Shown here: positions 1-13,857 of the stretch, piece by piece
Layout: each line of letters begins with the position of its first letter
Position numbering within the stretch: the first letter of the stretch is position 1
NCBI GenBank assembly: GCA_046563655.1
Contig: CM102289.1
Span: 5,580,001-5,644,000, forward strand
Direction: 5' to 3'
DNA length: 64,000 bases
From: Yuukianura sp. NJ FZ-2021
Taxonomy: Eukaryota
Translations under genes and position numbers: made by a program
The notes under the pieces: model-generated
Database searches by the model: none
Seen by the model: only the letters and a program-made list of their open reading frames with translations
Told to the model about the DNA's origin: nothing

Positions 1-3000
1 CTGAATCCTATCCAAATACTCTCCTGTAACCACGTAACCTACATCACTCGGGGTCAAATAAGTTCTGTCTGTTGACCTCAAAAGGTCAATGACCTCTTCA
101 AGTGCCTTTTTCATGTAAATTTCAAACTCTACGCTACTTTTCACTCTAAATCCCATCCGATCTCCAAAAACTCCACCAACTACAGAAAGTACCGGATCAG
201 TTGATTCATTTGCAGGATGAATAGTTAATCCTGGAGAATCTTCTAAGATTGACCAATCGTCGTTCGACTCTTTGCTCCTCCCACTCATTACACCCAAGTA
301 GTTGAACAATATTGGCGGGAGAGGAACAGACTTGTCGTAGCCAATCAAATGACCGTATCCGAAGCCATGCGATGGTATGGCCCTCAGCGATTCTTTTGTA
401 ATTTTCAAAAGTTGAGCCAAGTTTTGTGTTCCAGCGATCTCCAATTTCACCGGAAACTTGGTTGTAAACCATCCAACAGTTCTGGAGTGGTCAACCGCCC
501 CTATGTCTTCTCTACCATGCCCTTCAAGTGTCACAAAAAATTCGGTGGAAGGAAACGCCCGTGACAATGCCAGTCCAAGAGCAGTTAGCAGAACATCGTT
601 CATTTCCGTATGATATACTCTGTGGGCATCAGACAACAAAAATGTCGTTGCAGCCTCGTCTAACGTAAAAGTAGCTTCGATTGCCGGTTTAGTGCCAAAT
701 TCAATTTTAGAGTTCATTGACCCCTGGGTCAACTGCTTCCAGTATGTCAGTTCTTCCGGATGGTCATTGGCATAACTCGAGCATGCGTCGACCCATTGTC
801 TGTAACTTGCTGTTTTTGGACCTAGACTCTGACCATGGTAAGCCGATTGCAGATCTTCCAGAATAATTCTCCAGCTAACTGCGTCTACAACCAAATGATG
901 AGCAGCGAGGAACAATCTGGCTCTTCCAGAATCATATCCATGAATGTAGCCTACAGTAAAGACACGCCCTTTTTCAAGGTCAAAAGAATCCTGCCAAGAT
1001 GTTAAGATTTTGCCCAACTCTGTGTCATTCTTCACTTTTTTGATATCAAGTACACGCAGCATGACCAATCTCGCCTCATTGTACGTCTGACTCTGTTGAC
1101 CTTGGAAGCTGGACCCCAGTATATCATGATGAGCCAAAACAGCGTGCAGTGCAGTAACTAATTTTTGTTTTTCCAGCGCTGGAACGTCAACAAGAAAAGC
1201 CTGATTCCAGTGCCCGGGAATTTCGAATTCTTTGGACCAAAACCAAGATTGAATTGGCAGTAGCGGAAAAGTGCCTTTGAGAATTCCAGTTTCACCAGAG
1301 AATTTGATTGGTTCAAAAGAATTAACATGGCAGAAGACATTGTCCGTTAGAGCCTGAATCGTTCTAAAGTCAAAAATATTTTTCACAGTTACGGAGAGCT
1401 GAAGTTGTTGGCGCATGCGTCCTGCTGCTTGGATACAAAGAATGCTGTCTCCACCCAAATAGAAGAAACTGTCTGTGATACCAACCGATTCCACTGGAAT
1501 TTTGAGCAACCCTGACCAAATTTCAGCAATGTCCAGCTCTGTTTGATTTCTCGGAGCCACTCGGACTCTTCCTTTCGTCACCAACTGAGATTCGGGATTC
1601 GGCAATTGTCGCCGATCCACTTTTCCGCCAGGAGTAAGTGGGACTTTGTCAATTTGGACAAACAGGGTAGGAATCGCATATGACGGTAGATGTCTTCCCA
1701 GTTCGATTCTCACTTCCTCTTCGTTTTTTACTTTTCCAACGTAGTAACCAATCAGAATCGTTCTTTCCTCTCCGTCATTGTTTTTACGCCCTTTGACCTC
1801 TACAACTGCTGCGTCAATTCCTGGAACGAGCTTCATGAAATGTTCTACCTCGCCTAACTCAATTCGAAATCCGTTGACCTTGACTTGAAAGTCTTTTCTG
1901 CCTACAAATTCCAGTTGACCTGTTACGCAGTCGCGGAAAACAAGGTCACCACTCTTGAATAATCTACCATTCCTGCCTACTTTTTTGTCCTCTTCAGTCT
2001 GAAACGGATTTGGAACGAAAGATTTGTCAGTCAATTCCGGCAAATTCAAATATTCCCGCGCCAAAGACTCTCCGCCAATGAACAGTTCGCCCAAGCAACC
2101 ATCAGGCAGAGCAGAGCCATTGGAATTTAAGACATAAAAAGTGTTATTAGCCAATGGGAAGCCAAGCACCGAGCTACGACTCCCCTCTATCTTGGTGTTT
2201 GTTACACACACTGCAGCTTCCGTCGGACCGTAGCGACTCATGACCTTGACCTTGTCTGACCAGTAGGCCGCTAAGGGTGGACTGAGCGTCTCTCCGCCAA
2301 TGACAATGCTTTCAAGGTCTGGATAAGTTTCTTTTGGCAGCGATGGCAATAAAGCAGGACGCGTATGCAAATGCGTTATTTTGTTGTCCTTGATGTACTT
2401 GGCCAAAGCGGGCCCTTCAAGAGCCAATTCCGAAGTGAGAAGATGAACAGTTCCACCAAGCAGAAGTGACGCAAAGATGTCAAGCGTAAAAGCATCAAAT
2501 GCGTAAGAAGAAAAGCTGGTCGTGATTGGTCGACGCCCTTCAGAGTATGTCGTAGCCTGGAAAGCTGCCACGGTATTCAAAATCGCTGAATGTTCAACGA
2601 GAATGCCCTTTGGTTTTCCCGTTGTCCCTGAAGTATAAATGCAATAAGCCAATGCCGATGGACTAACTTCTGGAAGTCTTATGGAGGGGTCACCAGAACT
2701 CTTCACGTCAATTAGCACAAGTTCAGCACAAATTGATTTCAAAAATTCAAAATTCCCGGAATTCGTAACCGCCAAAACGCGTTTTCCACTTTGTCCAACG
2801 TCTTTTATAATCAACTCAATACGTTCTTTAGGTGCTTCGTCATGAATCGGCACATAAGCCTTTCCCGCCAAAAGAACGCCCAAAATCCCAACGACAACTT
2901 CTTCATTTCTGTCCAAATACAGCAAAACTAAATCCGAATTTGAAACTCCCGCTTCCAAAATTTTGCGCGCCAAGGATTTGCTTCTCTCGAGAATATTAGC

Positions 3001-6000
3001 ATAAGAAAAGCTGATTCCATTGAAAACTATTGCAGTCGTGTCAGGAGTCGACTCGGCTTGACGAGCGAACCAATCAGTAACGGTGGTTTGTTTCCGCACA
3101 GGCGTGACGAATTTATTACGTTCAACAATCGTTTTAGTCAGCTGATCTTTGTTCATAAAAGAAAGCTTTTTGATTGGAAGCTGAGGATAAGAACCCGTTT
3201 GAGTCAAGATATGAGCAAAAGTGGCGCCAAAAGCAGCAATACCCTCTGAACTAAAAATGTTTGAATCGTATTTCAAATTGAAATACAACTGATCTTTGCT
3301 TTCTGTAACAATCAGGCTGAGCGGGTAATTCAAATGTTGGCGCGTACCAAGATGGCGCGGCATCAGTGAAGATGAAGTGACTTCAGGAAAGTTTTCATAA
3401 ACCAGTAAAGTTTCAAAAAGCCGTCTGCCCTGTTTCTGAATTTTGGACAAATCCGTGGCGGCAAATTGATTCGCTTTCAAAATCGTTTCTTGCAAAATTC
3501 TCAACGCCTCAAGAATAGAATGCTCTGAAAGTTCGTCATGATCAAATACTACTGGAAGTGTGTTGATGTACAGCCCAACCGAAGCTTCAATTCCCGGAAC
3601 GGGTAGAACACGACCGGAAACTGTCGTACCGACTACTGTCTTTTCACTCCTCCCAAATACACTCAGTGTTTTGTGCCATGCGTACTGCGTCGCAGTGTTC
3701 AAGGTCAAACCTTCTCGTTGCAACTTTTTCAAAATTTTCGTCTGACCTTTGCCTAGTTCAAAAATGTATTCGGCTGGAGATGTCACTGAACTTTGTTCGA
3801 GCAAATCTAGAGCACGACTGACATTGTGCTGAAACAAACCACGCAGGTCTAGCTGATCTGTCGCCTCGCATTGACTCCTGACCTGTTCCCAGTATTGCCC
3901 ATGTTCATTATTTACAACGGAACGTTCTAAATGTGCTTGTGCCTCTTCATAAGCAAAATCGACTTCAACCAAATCATGTTTTTCTGTTCCCAAGCACTCC
4001 TCATACTCGTCGTGAACAAAGTCCAGAAGGCGTGTCACACTCCATCCGTCCAAAATTCCATGATAGAAACTCAGCACAAAAACGGCTCCACCATCACCAT
4101 TTTCAATCAAAATTGTTCGAAAAAGCCCGGGTTTTTCCAAATCATAAGCCGTTGACCTATCAACTCCCAACACATTTTCAAGCCTCACCGACTCGTCTTT
4201 ATCAAAATGAGTCCAACAAAGTGAAGCCGATTTTTCGATAATTTGCAGGATCTCACCCGTCGTCCAATCAAATCGGAGGCGAAGAGAAGGAAATTTTAAA
4301 ATGGCGCGTTCCCAACATTTTTGCAATTTGAGGGCATCAGGAGCCTCTGGATAGTCAAGCAAAATTTGAACTGTGTAGGCGGGATCGTCAGGGTAAGTAA
4401 GCGAATGAAATAGAATTCCCTGTTGAAGTGAATTTGCTTTGTAGACTCCTACAATTCCGGACTCCGAAGTATTTTCTAAACGAGCCAAATTCAAATCTAC
4501 GTTGAGCGGAACATGAATCACAGATTTGATTCTGATGAGCGCGAAAAGATTTAAACAAAATTTGCTCAATCCTTCCTTCCATGTGGAATAAAAATTAAGT
4601 TCTCCATTTTCGTTGACAGTTGAATGAAAAAAGTGAGATGCAAAAGAAGGTTTGATGACAAAATGACCTTGACCTTTGCCCTCACTGTAAACAACGACTT
4701 GTTCCTGTTTTTCGAAAAAGTTGACCCCTGAAATTTCTCCCTTTGAACAGTCGCCAATGTTACCAGATTCGGGCATTTTGAATATCCCGCACTTTCTTTG
4801 TCCATTGCTCCCAACAGTAACGTAAGGAACTTCTGCGCGTGAGTCAAATCCAGAAATCGTGGCCAAAAACGCCGTCAAAATAATTTCAGAAGCCATCATG
4901 TCTCGTTTTTCAATGGCAAACAATGAGCGTGTTTCATCTTCAGTGAGAGCCAATGAATGAACAGGCTTGAGGTCAAAGGTCATTGACCCCAAGCTACTTT
5001 TGAGCGGAAAAAATGCTGGCAGTGTTTGACCATAAAGTACTGAAAGTAAGTTTTGTACAAAAGAACCCGCACCTTTTTCACTACAAACCTGCTTGTTGAC
5101 GACACAAAACAGTCGTCCGAAACCGTCCGAAAGCCCGCGAATCGTTCCGACAAAATACCCGGGTTTCTCTTGACCTACGCAACCCGCCCACTCTGAATAC
5201 AATTCCTTCACCTCTTGCTCTTCCATGAACTGGACATTGGCCGAAGAGCAGTTGACCTCTCCCGGGTACTCACTGTACGTCATAGTTTTAATGTCAAAGA
5301 TGTAGTCCAGTTGAGGAAAGTTTTTCAAAACTGAACTTACTGCGGTTTTTACAGCTTTGAGTCCCTGAACGTTAGCAGTCTGGACCAAAAACACATGAGC
5401 AGTAGGGTAGAGGCCAACGATCTCAGCATCAACATATCCAGTGTTACGCTGCCCGGCTGTTTCAGAACCGCCCAATGCTTCAATGTGCTCAGCTAGGCTT
5501 TTGATGGTTACGTAATCAAAAACGTCTCTAATGTTCACCTGAATGCCTACGTCTTTGCTAAGTCTCGAGGCGACCTGAATTGCTGAAATACTGTTTCCGC
5601 CTAGACTAAAAAAGTTGTCAACTAAACTAATTTGGTCTGATACGCCTAGTACTAACTTCCAAACATTTCTAATGTGTTCCTCCAGCGCAGTCAAAGTTTC
5701 AGAAGCTGGATACTGACCTTGGTGAGCTGACGGATCAGCCTTCGGCGATTCCTGGTCTGAGTCCTGAACGTGGTCTCCGTGGAGCGATGGCAGTTGTAGA
5801 GTTGATTCAATTGGCAGTGGCAGTAAAGTCGTTGGGTGAATAGCGTCAACCTTGGGGTCAAGTCCAGCAGAGCGCAGTTTCTCAATGGTGCTCAAAAAGT
5901 GTTCCAATTGGTTTCCGTGAAGACTCGTGGCAGTGAGACGTGTGATTGAGTGATGAAGAGAAGCAGCAAGAAAACTCTGAAGTACCGGTTTTCGTCCAAT

Positions 6001-6884
6001 TTCGAGTACGATACTTCCCTTCGGAATTTTTAGGAGACAGTCGTAGAAGAAGTAGGGCTGAGCTAACTGATCAATAAAGTAGTCGGCATCGACGACAAGC
6101 GAAGTGCTCTCTTGTTCGTGTCGCTTGGAAATCCATCGTTGAGTTTTCGTCAACGGAGTTGGCAGTACGGGTAGACCAAGGGGTTGGCAGAACTTGCGGT
6201 AGCCTTCAGTGAGACGCGTATGAGTGGGATGTTCAATTCCATCAAAAGCTACGTTGAAGATTCCCCGGTTGTTGAGATTGAGCAAATATTCGTCCATGAC
6301 TTCGGGATAGCCTGAGATAGTTACGGCCTTCGGGCTGTTTTGAATTGCGAGACAAACCCCTTGAGGTACATCGACCTTTGCCTCTTCCCATGACATTCCG
6401 ATGAGAGCCATTTTGAGCGGTGGGAGCGTTGCATTAGTAACGATGGACTCAGCAATACTCGCTAGGCCGATAGTTACTTCTTGAGTGAACGTTCCATCGG
6501 CATACGCTGCTCCGTACTCTCCGGCAGAAAATCCAATGAGTCCATCAAATTCCAAACCAAGTTCCCGTAGCAAATCCACAATTGCAACCTACAATATATT
6601 TAACATTGAATGAATTTATTGTACCGACAACAAATACGTAATTAGTCATGCAACGTTGCTTGAATTCTTACCTGAAATGCAGCTCGACAAGCAATGATAT
6701 CCTGAACGTCTGGTACGCCCCTCAGAACTCGCAAGAGATTGACCCCTTTCTTGTTGAGAATGGCATGAGACTTGAGAATAGATGCTCGGAAGACAGGAAG
6801 TTCCATGAAATCGTGGACAGAAACATACTCATCGCCAAATCCCGAGAAAACTAACCAAAATGGCGGACGAGATACAGACCCCAT
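1..6884 (-). CDS. Hybrid acyltransferase-NRPS (AT-T-degenerate E-C-A-T-E...), 3' end beyond window
   Basis: Exon 1 6884-6672 (MGSVSRPPFWLVFSGFG), phase-0 GT-AG intron 6671-6589, exon 2 6588 to <1 read by hand with no stop (2196 codons; absent from the ORF track because no stop lies in the window). Motifs: AT GFSAGE; T DNFFSLGGNSI (~5590); C FYHGILDGWS (~4050); A YTSGTTGKPKG, YGPTE, FKSGDL, QVKVNGFRIELGE, PGGKVDRR; T SFFYLGGDSI (~1450); E HHLVVDAVSW, TLEGHGRE, SRTVGWFTT. Confidence 0.93.
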
Positions 6885-8417
6885 TGTTGCTAATTTAGCT
6901 TCGGTCCTTTGAAGCTGTTGAGGTATCCAATTCCAAATGTTCTTAAAAACAAACGTTTATCTCCGTTGAATAAGCGTTTTGCAATAGTAACTCCCTCCAG
7001 TAATTCCCGATGGAGAACAAATTTCCTTCGAAGAAGTATTGGAAATGACGAGACTTAAGCTGGAGTCAAGGTTTAGTCAAAGTCATCCAGGAATCATGGT
7101 GAACATAACCGGTTTCCATTTCTCTAGACAAAATCAACCAACCTCGTTCCCAGTTAACTTTACTCACTGACACACTTCCGACGCGTCCAGACGAAACGAT
7201 AAAAGCTAGACAGGTCACCGCGAACGAACTAGAATTAAAGATGGAGGATGACGGTGAAAGAAGCAACAAAGACCGTGGCGCATGGCGGTGCTTGAGAGAA
7301 TTCGTTTTCCCGTGGAATTTAACTTTTTGTTTTTTGCGGGGTCGTACTATGAGATATCACACAACTCACTCCGCTTTCATGAAAAATTGACAGACTGCGA
7401 CATTTCAGAATTCAATAATTCTTTTAATTGTAGTAGTAATTGGAATATACTTATCAGCGTTTAATAACCTTAATTTTTGCAAAAAAACTTACAATTTGAA
7501 TTTTTTTTAAAAGTTCTTTTTTCCTTTTACTAGACACATTATCAAGTGTCCGGGACAGTGGTTTCCCTTTCCAGTATGCAAATGAAGCATGTAGCTCATC
7601 AAAATTCCAGAATACCACACAATCGATAAAAACTAGCCTAAGTTAAAGAATTTTAAAAACCAGACTTGTCAAAAACCGGTTTTTGGCACATGAAATCCGA
7701 GTGTAAAACCAAGAATCCGGCCCACTTGTCCAGTGCGACTCACCAAGGTTGGCAGTTTCACAAACTCCAGTGCGTTGATAAATGGATTTGATTTGTAGTA
7801 AAAAAAAAACCGGCTCCATTAGCATTTCAAATTTCGACTCTAATCCACCGGTTTCACAGTTTCACTGGACTACTGCGTGTACTTTCTCAGATTTTTTTTT
7901 GATTTTGAGAATAAAACAGAACAATAATTTTGAACGATAGCAAAAATAAAATTTTCAACGCTGCTCTCTAGACACAACGTGAAACCGGTTTGGGTTAAGA
8001 TTAACCGGTAATTGATTTCATGAACAAGGATTCACAAAAGACGTATGAAAAAAGGAAAGGTAGTCACTTTTCTTAGAATCTTGTTTAAAGACCTTAAATT
8101 TTACTTAGCTTTAAAAGTGAGTGTTAATTTTATTTACATAATCTTCTTTAATTGGAAGTTTACAATTTAACCCGTTTTTACGACACAAGTTGGCCGTCCA
8201 AATATATTTTTTATAGCCAAAGTGTCCATGACTGACGAGAGTGGACACGGGTGGTGTAGAGTGAGAGTGAGAGCACCCTTTGTCCGACACTCACCTCGAT
8301 CTCTATCGTAAACAAAAGTTACGAGAGAGACTTCATTTAAATTAGTAAATTGAACTCCCAATTAACTGTCACTGGACGGTGCCTACAGGATTACTTTGCA
8401 CCATCGCTCTATTCTCT

Positions 8418-11400
8418 ATGGTAAAAATTTTGTTGAATTTGTAAGCTTAACGTGGCTTGTATACTGTATTGATTTAATACCACTTTTTCGTGATCTTATT
8501 TAGGCGGAAACCGGAAAAGGAAATGTTTGTCCGGAGAAGAAGGCTTCATTTTTCAGTCGATTGTTTTTGCTGTGGGTATTGGAACTCAAGGGATGGAAAG
8601 AGAAGTTGACCCCAGCAGACCTTTGGGATCTCGATGAAGAAAATACAAGCAAAGTCCTCACGTCTCAGTTTCATTCGAAGTTTTATAACGGCAAAACGAC
8701 AACGAAAACTTTATTTATGACAATGCTCAACCTGCTTGGAAACTTGCTGCTTGCCGTCGGAATCCTTCAAATTCTCGAACAAATCGCTGGGTTTAGCTCT
8801 ACACACTTTTTCAAGTACGAAATTCAAAATAGCTTCGATAAAACTGCAAACAGCTAAATACTATGATTATTTTTTAACTTTACAATTAAATGTTGATTTC
8901 ATGTGTTTAGATTACTTCTTGGGACCGGAGAGTCAAATGTATCACAAGGGATTACTTACCTTTTACTAATGTCCGCCGTATCTGCTGCCAAAACTGTGCT
9001 GAATAACCAAGGTGCTTACCAACAGGGTACTGCCACTCTCCGTGTCAGATCCTACGTTATGAATTCCATATACAACAAATCCCTGACGATGGCAAACTAT
9101 CGACGAAGTGGTAAAGTTGACCGCCGCTTCTACCTATGTAATTAAGTTTTGAGCGAATGTCAACTGATTGATTATTTGTAATTTTAATTCCGACAGAATC
9201 ATCGATGGGTGAAATTGTGAACATGATGACAGGTGATTGTGTGGCAATTGAACGATTTTTCTCGTGTTTTCATCTATCCTGGAGTATCCCACTCACCATC
9301 GTAGTTTCTCTCTATTTCCAGTGGAACCTTCTGGGTCCTTCTGTCCTTGCAGGTTTCAGTGTCATGCTCATTTTAATGATTGTCAACGTTATCGTCGGAA
9401 ATCTGGCGACCAGTCTTTCTCAACAAGAAATCAAGGATAGAAGCCAACGCATCACGCTCATGTCCGAAATTCTTAGTGCCATTCAGGTGATGTCTAAAAA
9501 ACGAAATTTGAATTATACATAAAGAGAAACCTACTTAAAACTTGTTCCACACAGGAAATAAAACTGTACACACTGGAAAACGTATTTTCTGGTCGAATGG
9601 AAGTTTTACGAAATCAGGAAGTGACGTCCATTCTTAAATCAGCCCTCATTACCACAGCTCTCAACTTCTGCTGGTCATTTTCACTATTTTTGGTAAGACG
9701 TTTTTGTTTTTGAAAATAAGGATTCCGAACATTTGATTTCATATTGTTTCCTTAGATGTCGATCGCTACTTTTGTAACTTACGTGTGGATAGATGATAAC
9801 AACGTTCTAGATGCTCAGAAGGTTTTTGTGTATATGGTTTTGGCCAACTCCATGAGCGGTCCTTTGAAGTCTTTTCCAGCTGTCGTGGGAACAATTATCC
9901 AGGTAAAGCATTTCCTTTCCTAGCCTAACATTTTACATCATGTTTTTCTTCTTATTTCAGGCCAGAATTAGCTTGCAAAGAGTCCAAAGTTTCTTACGTT
10001 CGGCGGATATAGTTCCAGAAGTCCCTCCAGGAGAATCATGCAAAGAAAACCCATGTCGGTTTAGTCAAGAAATTGTAACAATTTTGCTAATCGCACTTTT
10101 GAGGTTAATTTTAATTTTTTTTTCTTGTTTGTGTAACAGACGCTGTTGACATCACAGATGGTCATTTCACTGTGGATACTTTTCATTTACGGAGCATCAA
10201 TGTCCGGGTTAAGAAGGGATCTTTGGTGGCCGTACTTGGAAAATCTGGATCCGGTAAAAGTTCTCTTCTTTCTGCCATGAATAGAAGTCAGCATGTGATC
10301 CGTGCCAGTGGCCATCAAGAGCTAAACGTAAATTATCTATTGCTGCTTATTCAGAAATTGTATTCATTACTAAAAAGTAGTATTTCACATTTCTCAGGGC
10401 GACAGTTGCCTCCTGACGCAGAGTCCGTTCATCCTCAACGATACAATCGAGTCTAACATTTTGTTTGGCCTTCCAATGCAGCGTGGGAAGTATCAGCGAG
10501 TGGTAGACGCATGCGCCCTTACGCCTGACCTTAAATCACTGCAGGACGGAGATCAGACATTGGCTGGAAACAAAGTAAATTTCGAAGTTGGTTAAAAGTT
10601 ATACTTTGATTAGTATTGATTTACCTTTTTGACTATGATTGCAGGGAAGTAATTTGAGCGGAGGACAACGGCAGAGGTAACCACGATGTACTAATTATTT
10701 AACGGTTAATAAGTTTTTACGTGATGATCATTAATTTTGTGATCTGCCTTCTAAGGATTGCCTTGGCTAGGGTGTTGTACAGGGACGTTGACATTTACTT
10801 TCTGGATACCCCACTGTCAGCAGTGGACGGACAAGTGGGGAGGGAGATCTTCAAGAAAGTAATTGGACCGCAAGGAATGCTCCAAGGAAAAACGCGGGTT
10901 GTGGTAGCCTCGAGTCTGCGTGATCTTGAGGCTGCCGATCAAATTCACGTTCTAGCTAACGGAGAAATTGTCAAGAGTGGAACGTTCAAAGAAATTGCCG
11001 AGTGGGAGGTAAGTTATGCAGTACCAGAAGCTAAATCCCCTGTTCGAATAACTCTCAAGGTCAAGGTTCAACTAAATCAATGGAAGTTTCTTTCAAAATT
11101 TCTTGCATTTTTAGGCCGAACTTGAAATCTTTGAAACCGACCCATCATCACCAAAAAACGAACCAAATCCGGGAAACACTACAAATGTTGATACTCCCGC
11201 CTCAATCAAGGATCCACGTAAGATTTCAGTCGACAAAAAGGAAAAAATGCAAAAGGTAATTAGATGTTTAAAAACCTTTAACTGTAAGTTCATACTAGTC
11301 TATCGATTTACATTTTTCAGGGTGTGGTTGATTCGCTGGAGAGGAAGGTAACGATGAAATTGCTTGATCGAGAGGATGAAAACGTTCTCTCTTCCAAATG

Positions 11401-13617
11401 GTCGTTTCTGCCATATTATCTGAATAACTGTGGATGGGCATTTGTCATCTCCACCATTGCAACTCATACCGCTCAACAAGGTAAAAAACGCTTTGTAAAA
11501 CCAAAGTTTCAGAGTATCAGTCAATCAAAACAACCTTTAAGCGAAATTGAATAATTCAATTCTTCTTTTCTCTAAGGATTTGCTCTTGCTTCGAACCACT
11601 GGTTGACAAAAGCTACAAGTCAATCAGAATCTTTAAACGAACGGGATTCCCATAGGAATCTTATGGTCTACGCTCTTCTCGGTATTGCACAAGGTAACTA
11701 AACAACTAAACATAATTGATTATGAAAGAATCAGAAGATCCATGATACTAATCTGGAAGTATCTCTGTCTGTTGTAGGGTTCTTCAACGCATGCTCGTCA
11801 GTGTTGCTTACGATTGGAACTTTGAGGGCTTCAGCGTCGTTACACAAGATGATGCTCCACAAGAGTCTTGGGGCCAAGATGGGTTTTTACCATATCAACA
11901 ATACAGCGAGCATCCTCGCTTCGTTTTCCAGAGACACAGGAGACACGGATAAACTTATGGGAAATGTATAATCTTTATTTCAAACGCCTGTTTTTGTAAA
12001 GGATACTATTTTATCATTATAACTTTTATTTCCAACTTTCAGCGACTAGTAGCGTGGCTCAGCTGTGCCTTCACAGTGGGTTCCACGGTGTCACTCATTC
12101 TGTTCCACCGCCCTCTGTTCTTCACTGTTGTCATTCCACTCACAACTGCTTACATGTATCTTCTTAAATATTTCCAAGCCAAAAACATGCAACTGAACCG
12201 CCTGGACATCGTAACACAAGCACCAATCTATGCTCAATTCAATGAGTCACTCATGGGAATGGAAACGATTCGGGTACTCAAAGCCGAACGCAGTTTCACT
12301 GCCAAGTTTCAGGGAAGTGTAGACAGACACCTCAGTTGCTACTTTTCTGCACTTGTCGCCATGAGGTGAGTTTCATCAGTTCTTAGTCCAATTTTGTTTA
12401 AAAAAAGAGGTCATGAACTAATATTGGCGCTGTTTAGGTTTCATTCTCTTTGTCTCGACCTTTTGGGCAACCTATTTGTGTTCTTCACTGGACTGTTTGT
12501 TATCTGGGGAAGTGAAGGTGCGTTGGCTGGTCTTTTAGGCGTTCTGCTCGGTTATGCCTTCCAAGTGACTGGAGCTCTAAACTCACTCATCGTGGTTACC
12601 TCGATGCTGGAAGGAGGAATGGCTGTCATCCAGAGAATCCATCAATACCAAAATCTCGCGCAGGAAGAGGAGGAGAGGGACGATTCATTCAAGATCACCG
12701 TTAATCCAGCAGACATCGTTGGAGAAATTAGTTTCAATCAATTGAATGCAAGGTATGCAGAAGACTTGGATCTCGTTCTGGAAGGAGTCACGGAGATAAT
12801 TCAGCCTAAGGAGAAGATTGGAATTGTGGGGAGAACTGGTTCCGGAAAATCATCTCTAATGTTAAGCCTCGTGCGTATTTTGGAGCCTGATGGAGGATCT
12901 GTGGCAATTGACGGAATTGACATAGCGAACATGAGGATAAGGGACTTGAGACGGATTGTTACGGTAGTGCCGCAAGTATGGACACAAGAATTTCAATTTA
13001 TCTTTTTTCTGTTGCCGAATTCCGAGTTTGCATTGTTTTTTTTTTCTTGTGGTCTTAGGATCCTGTCATTTTTTCTGGAACGGTGCACTTCAACCTGGAT
13101 CCCCTCAATGAGAGAAGCACTGAAGCGATTTGGAAAACATTGGAGAACGTTGGTCTCAAGGAATTCGTCCAGAATCTCCCCAATGGTCTCCAGCATTCTC
13201 TTGTTCCCAGGGATCCTATTTTCAGTTTCGGGCAACAACAACTTCTATCACTCGCCAGGGCTCTGCTCAGAGACACTCCAATTATGGTGTTCGACGAGGC
13301 GACATCTGTGATGGACGAAAGTTTGGAGGAAGTGATTAATCGATTAATGAAGATGGAATTTGGTCACAGAACAATTCTCGTCATTGCACATCGACTCAAA
13401 ACCATCATGGACGCCTCAAGGTTTTTAACATTTATTATTTTATTTATTATTTTTATTAAAATAACTAACTTCGATTTATTTGTAAATTAGGGTGATGGTT
13501 ATTCGAAACAAAAGAATCGCTGAATGCAGTCCTGTTTCAATTCTACTCAACGATCCAACCTCTCACTTTCATCGAATTTTCAACGGAGGATCTGATTCAA
13601 ATCGAAATCTCAACTAA
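8418..13617 (+). CDS. ABC transporter subfamily C (MRP-like), multi-exon
   Basis: ATG|gt micro-exon at 8418, then AETGKGNVCPEKKASFFSRLF. NBD1 GKSGSGKSS, LSGGQRQR, YFLDTPLSAVD; NBD2 GRTGSGKSS, FSFGQQQL, VFDEATS, IAHRL. Stop TAA 13615-13617. Confidence 0.92.
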
Positions 13618-13857
13618 ACGAAACAATTGAAATCTGAACAAAAACTCAAAAATAGCCATTCCGCCATCCAGCCAATTTTTAATGTTTAATTGTTTAAAGT
13701 GTAGCATTAGAACAGACATTTTATTTTGAAAATATTTACTTTGAGAACTTCTTAAGTACAACTTTGTGCCACTCTTGTTGATTCTGAAAATGTGACACAT
13801 TCGAAGGTTCAATTTTATTTAAAAGGGCAGTTTAGTTTTGTTCAATGTCGTAGAATT

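Noticed and set aside
206..5885. Short ORF-track entries over the NRPS region
   Set aside because: They are alternative-frame or antisense shadows of the long minus-strand exon.
1..6884. NRPS as ACV synthetase (its A domain has the ACVS-like segment NPFQTEEDKKVGRNGRL)
   Set aside because: The architecture (N-terminal AT-T, internal E followed by more sequence) does not match ACVS, and no isopenicillin N synthase is in the window.
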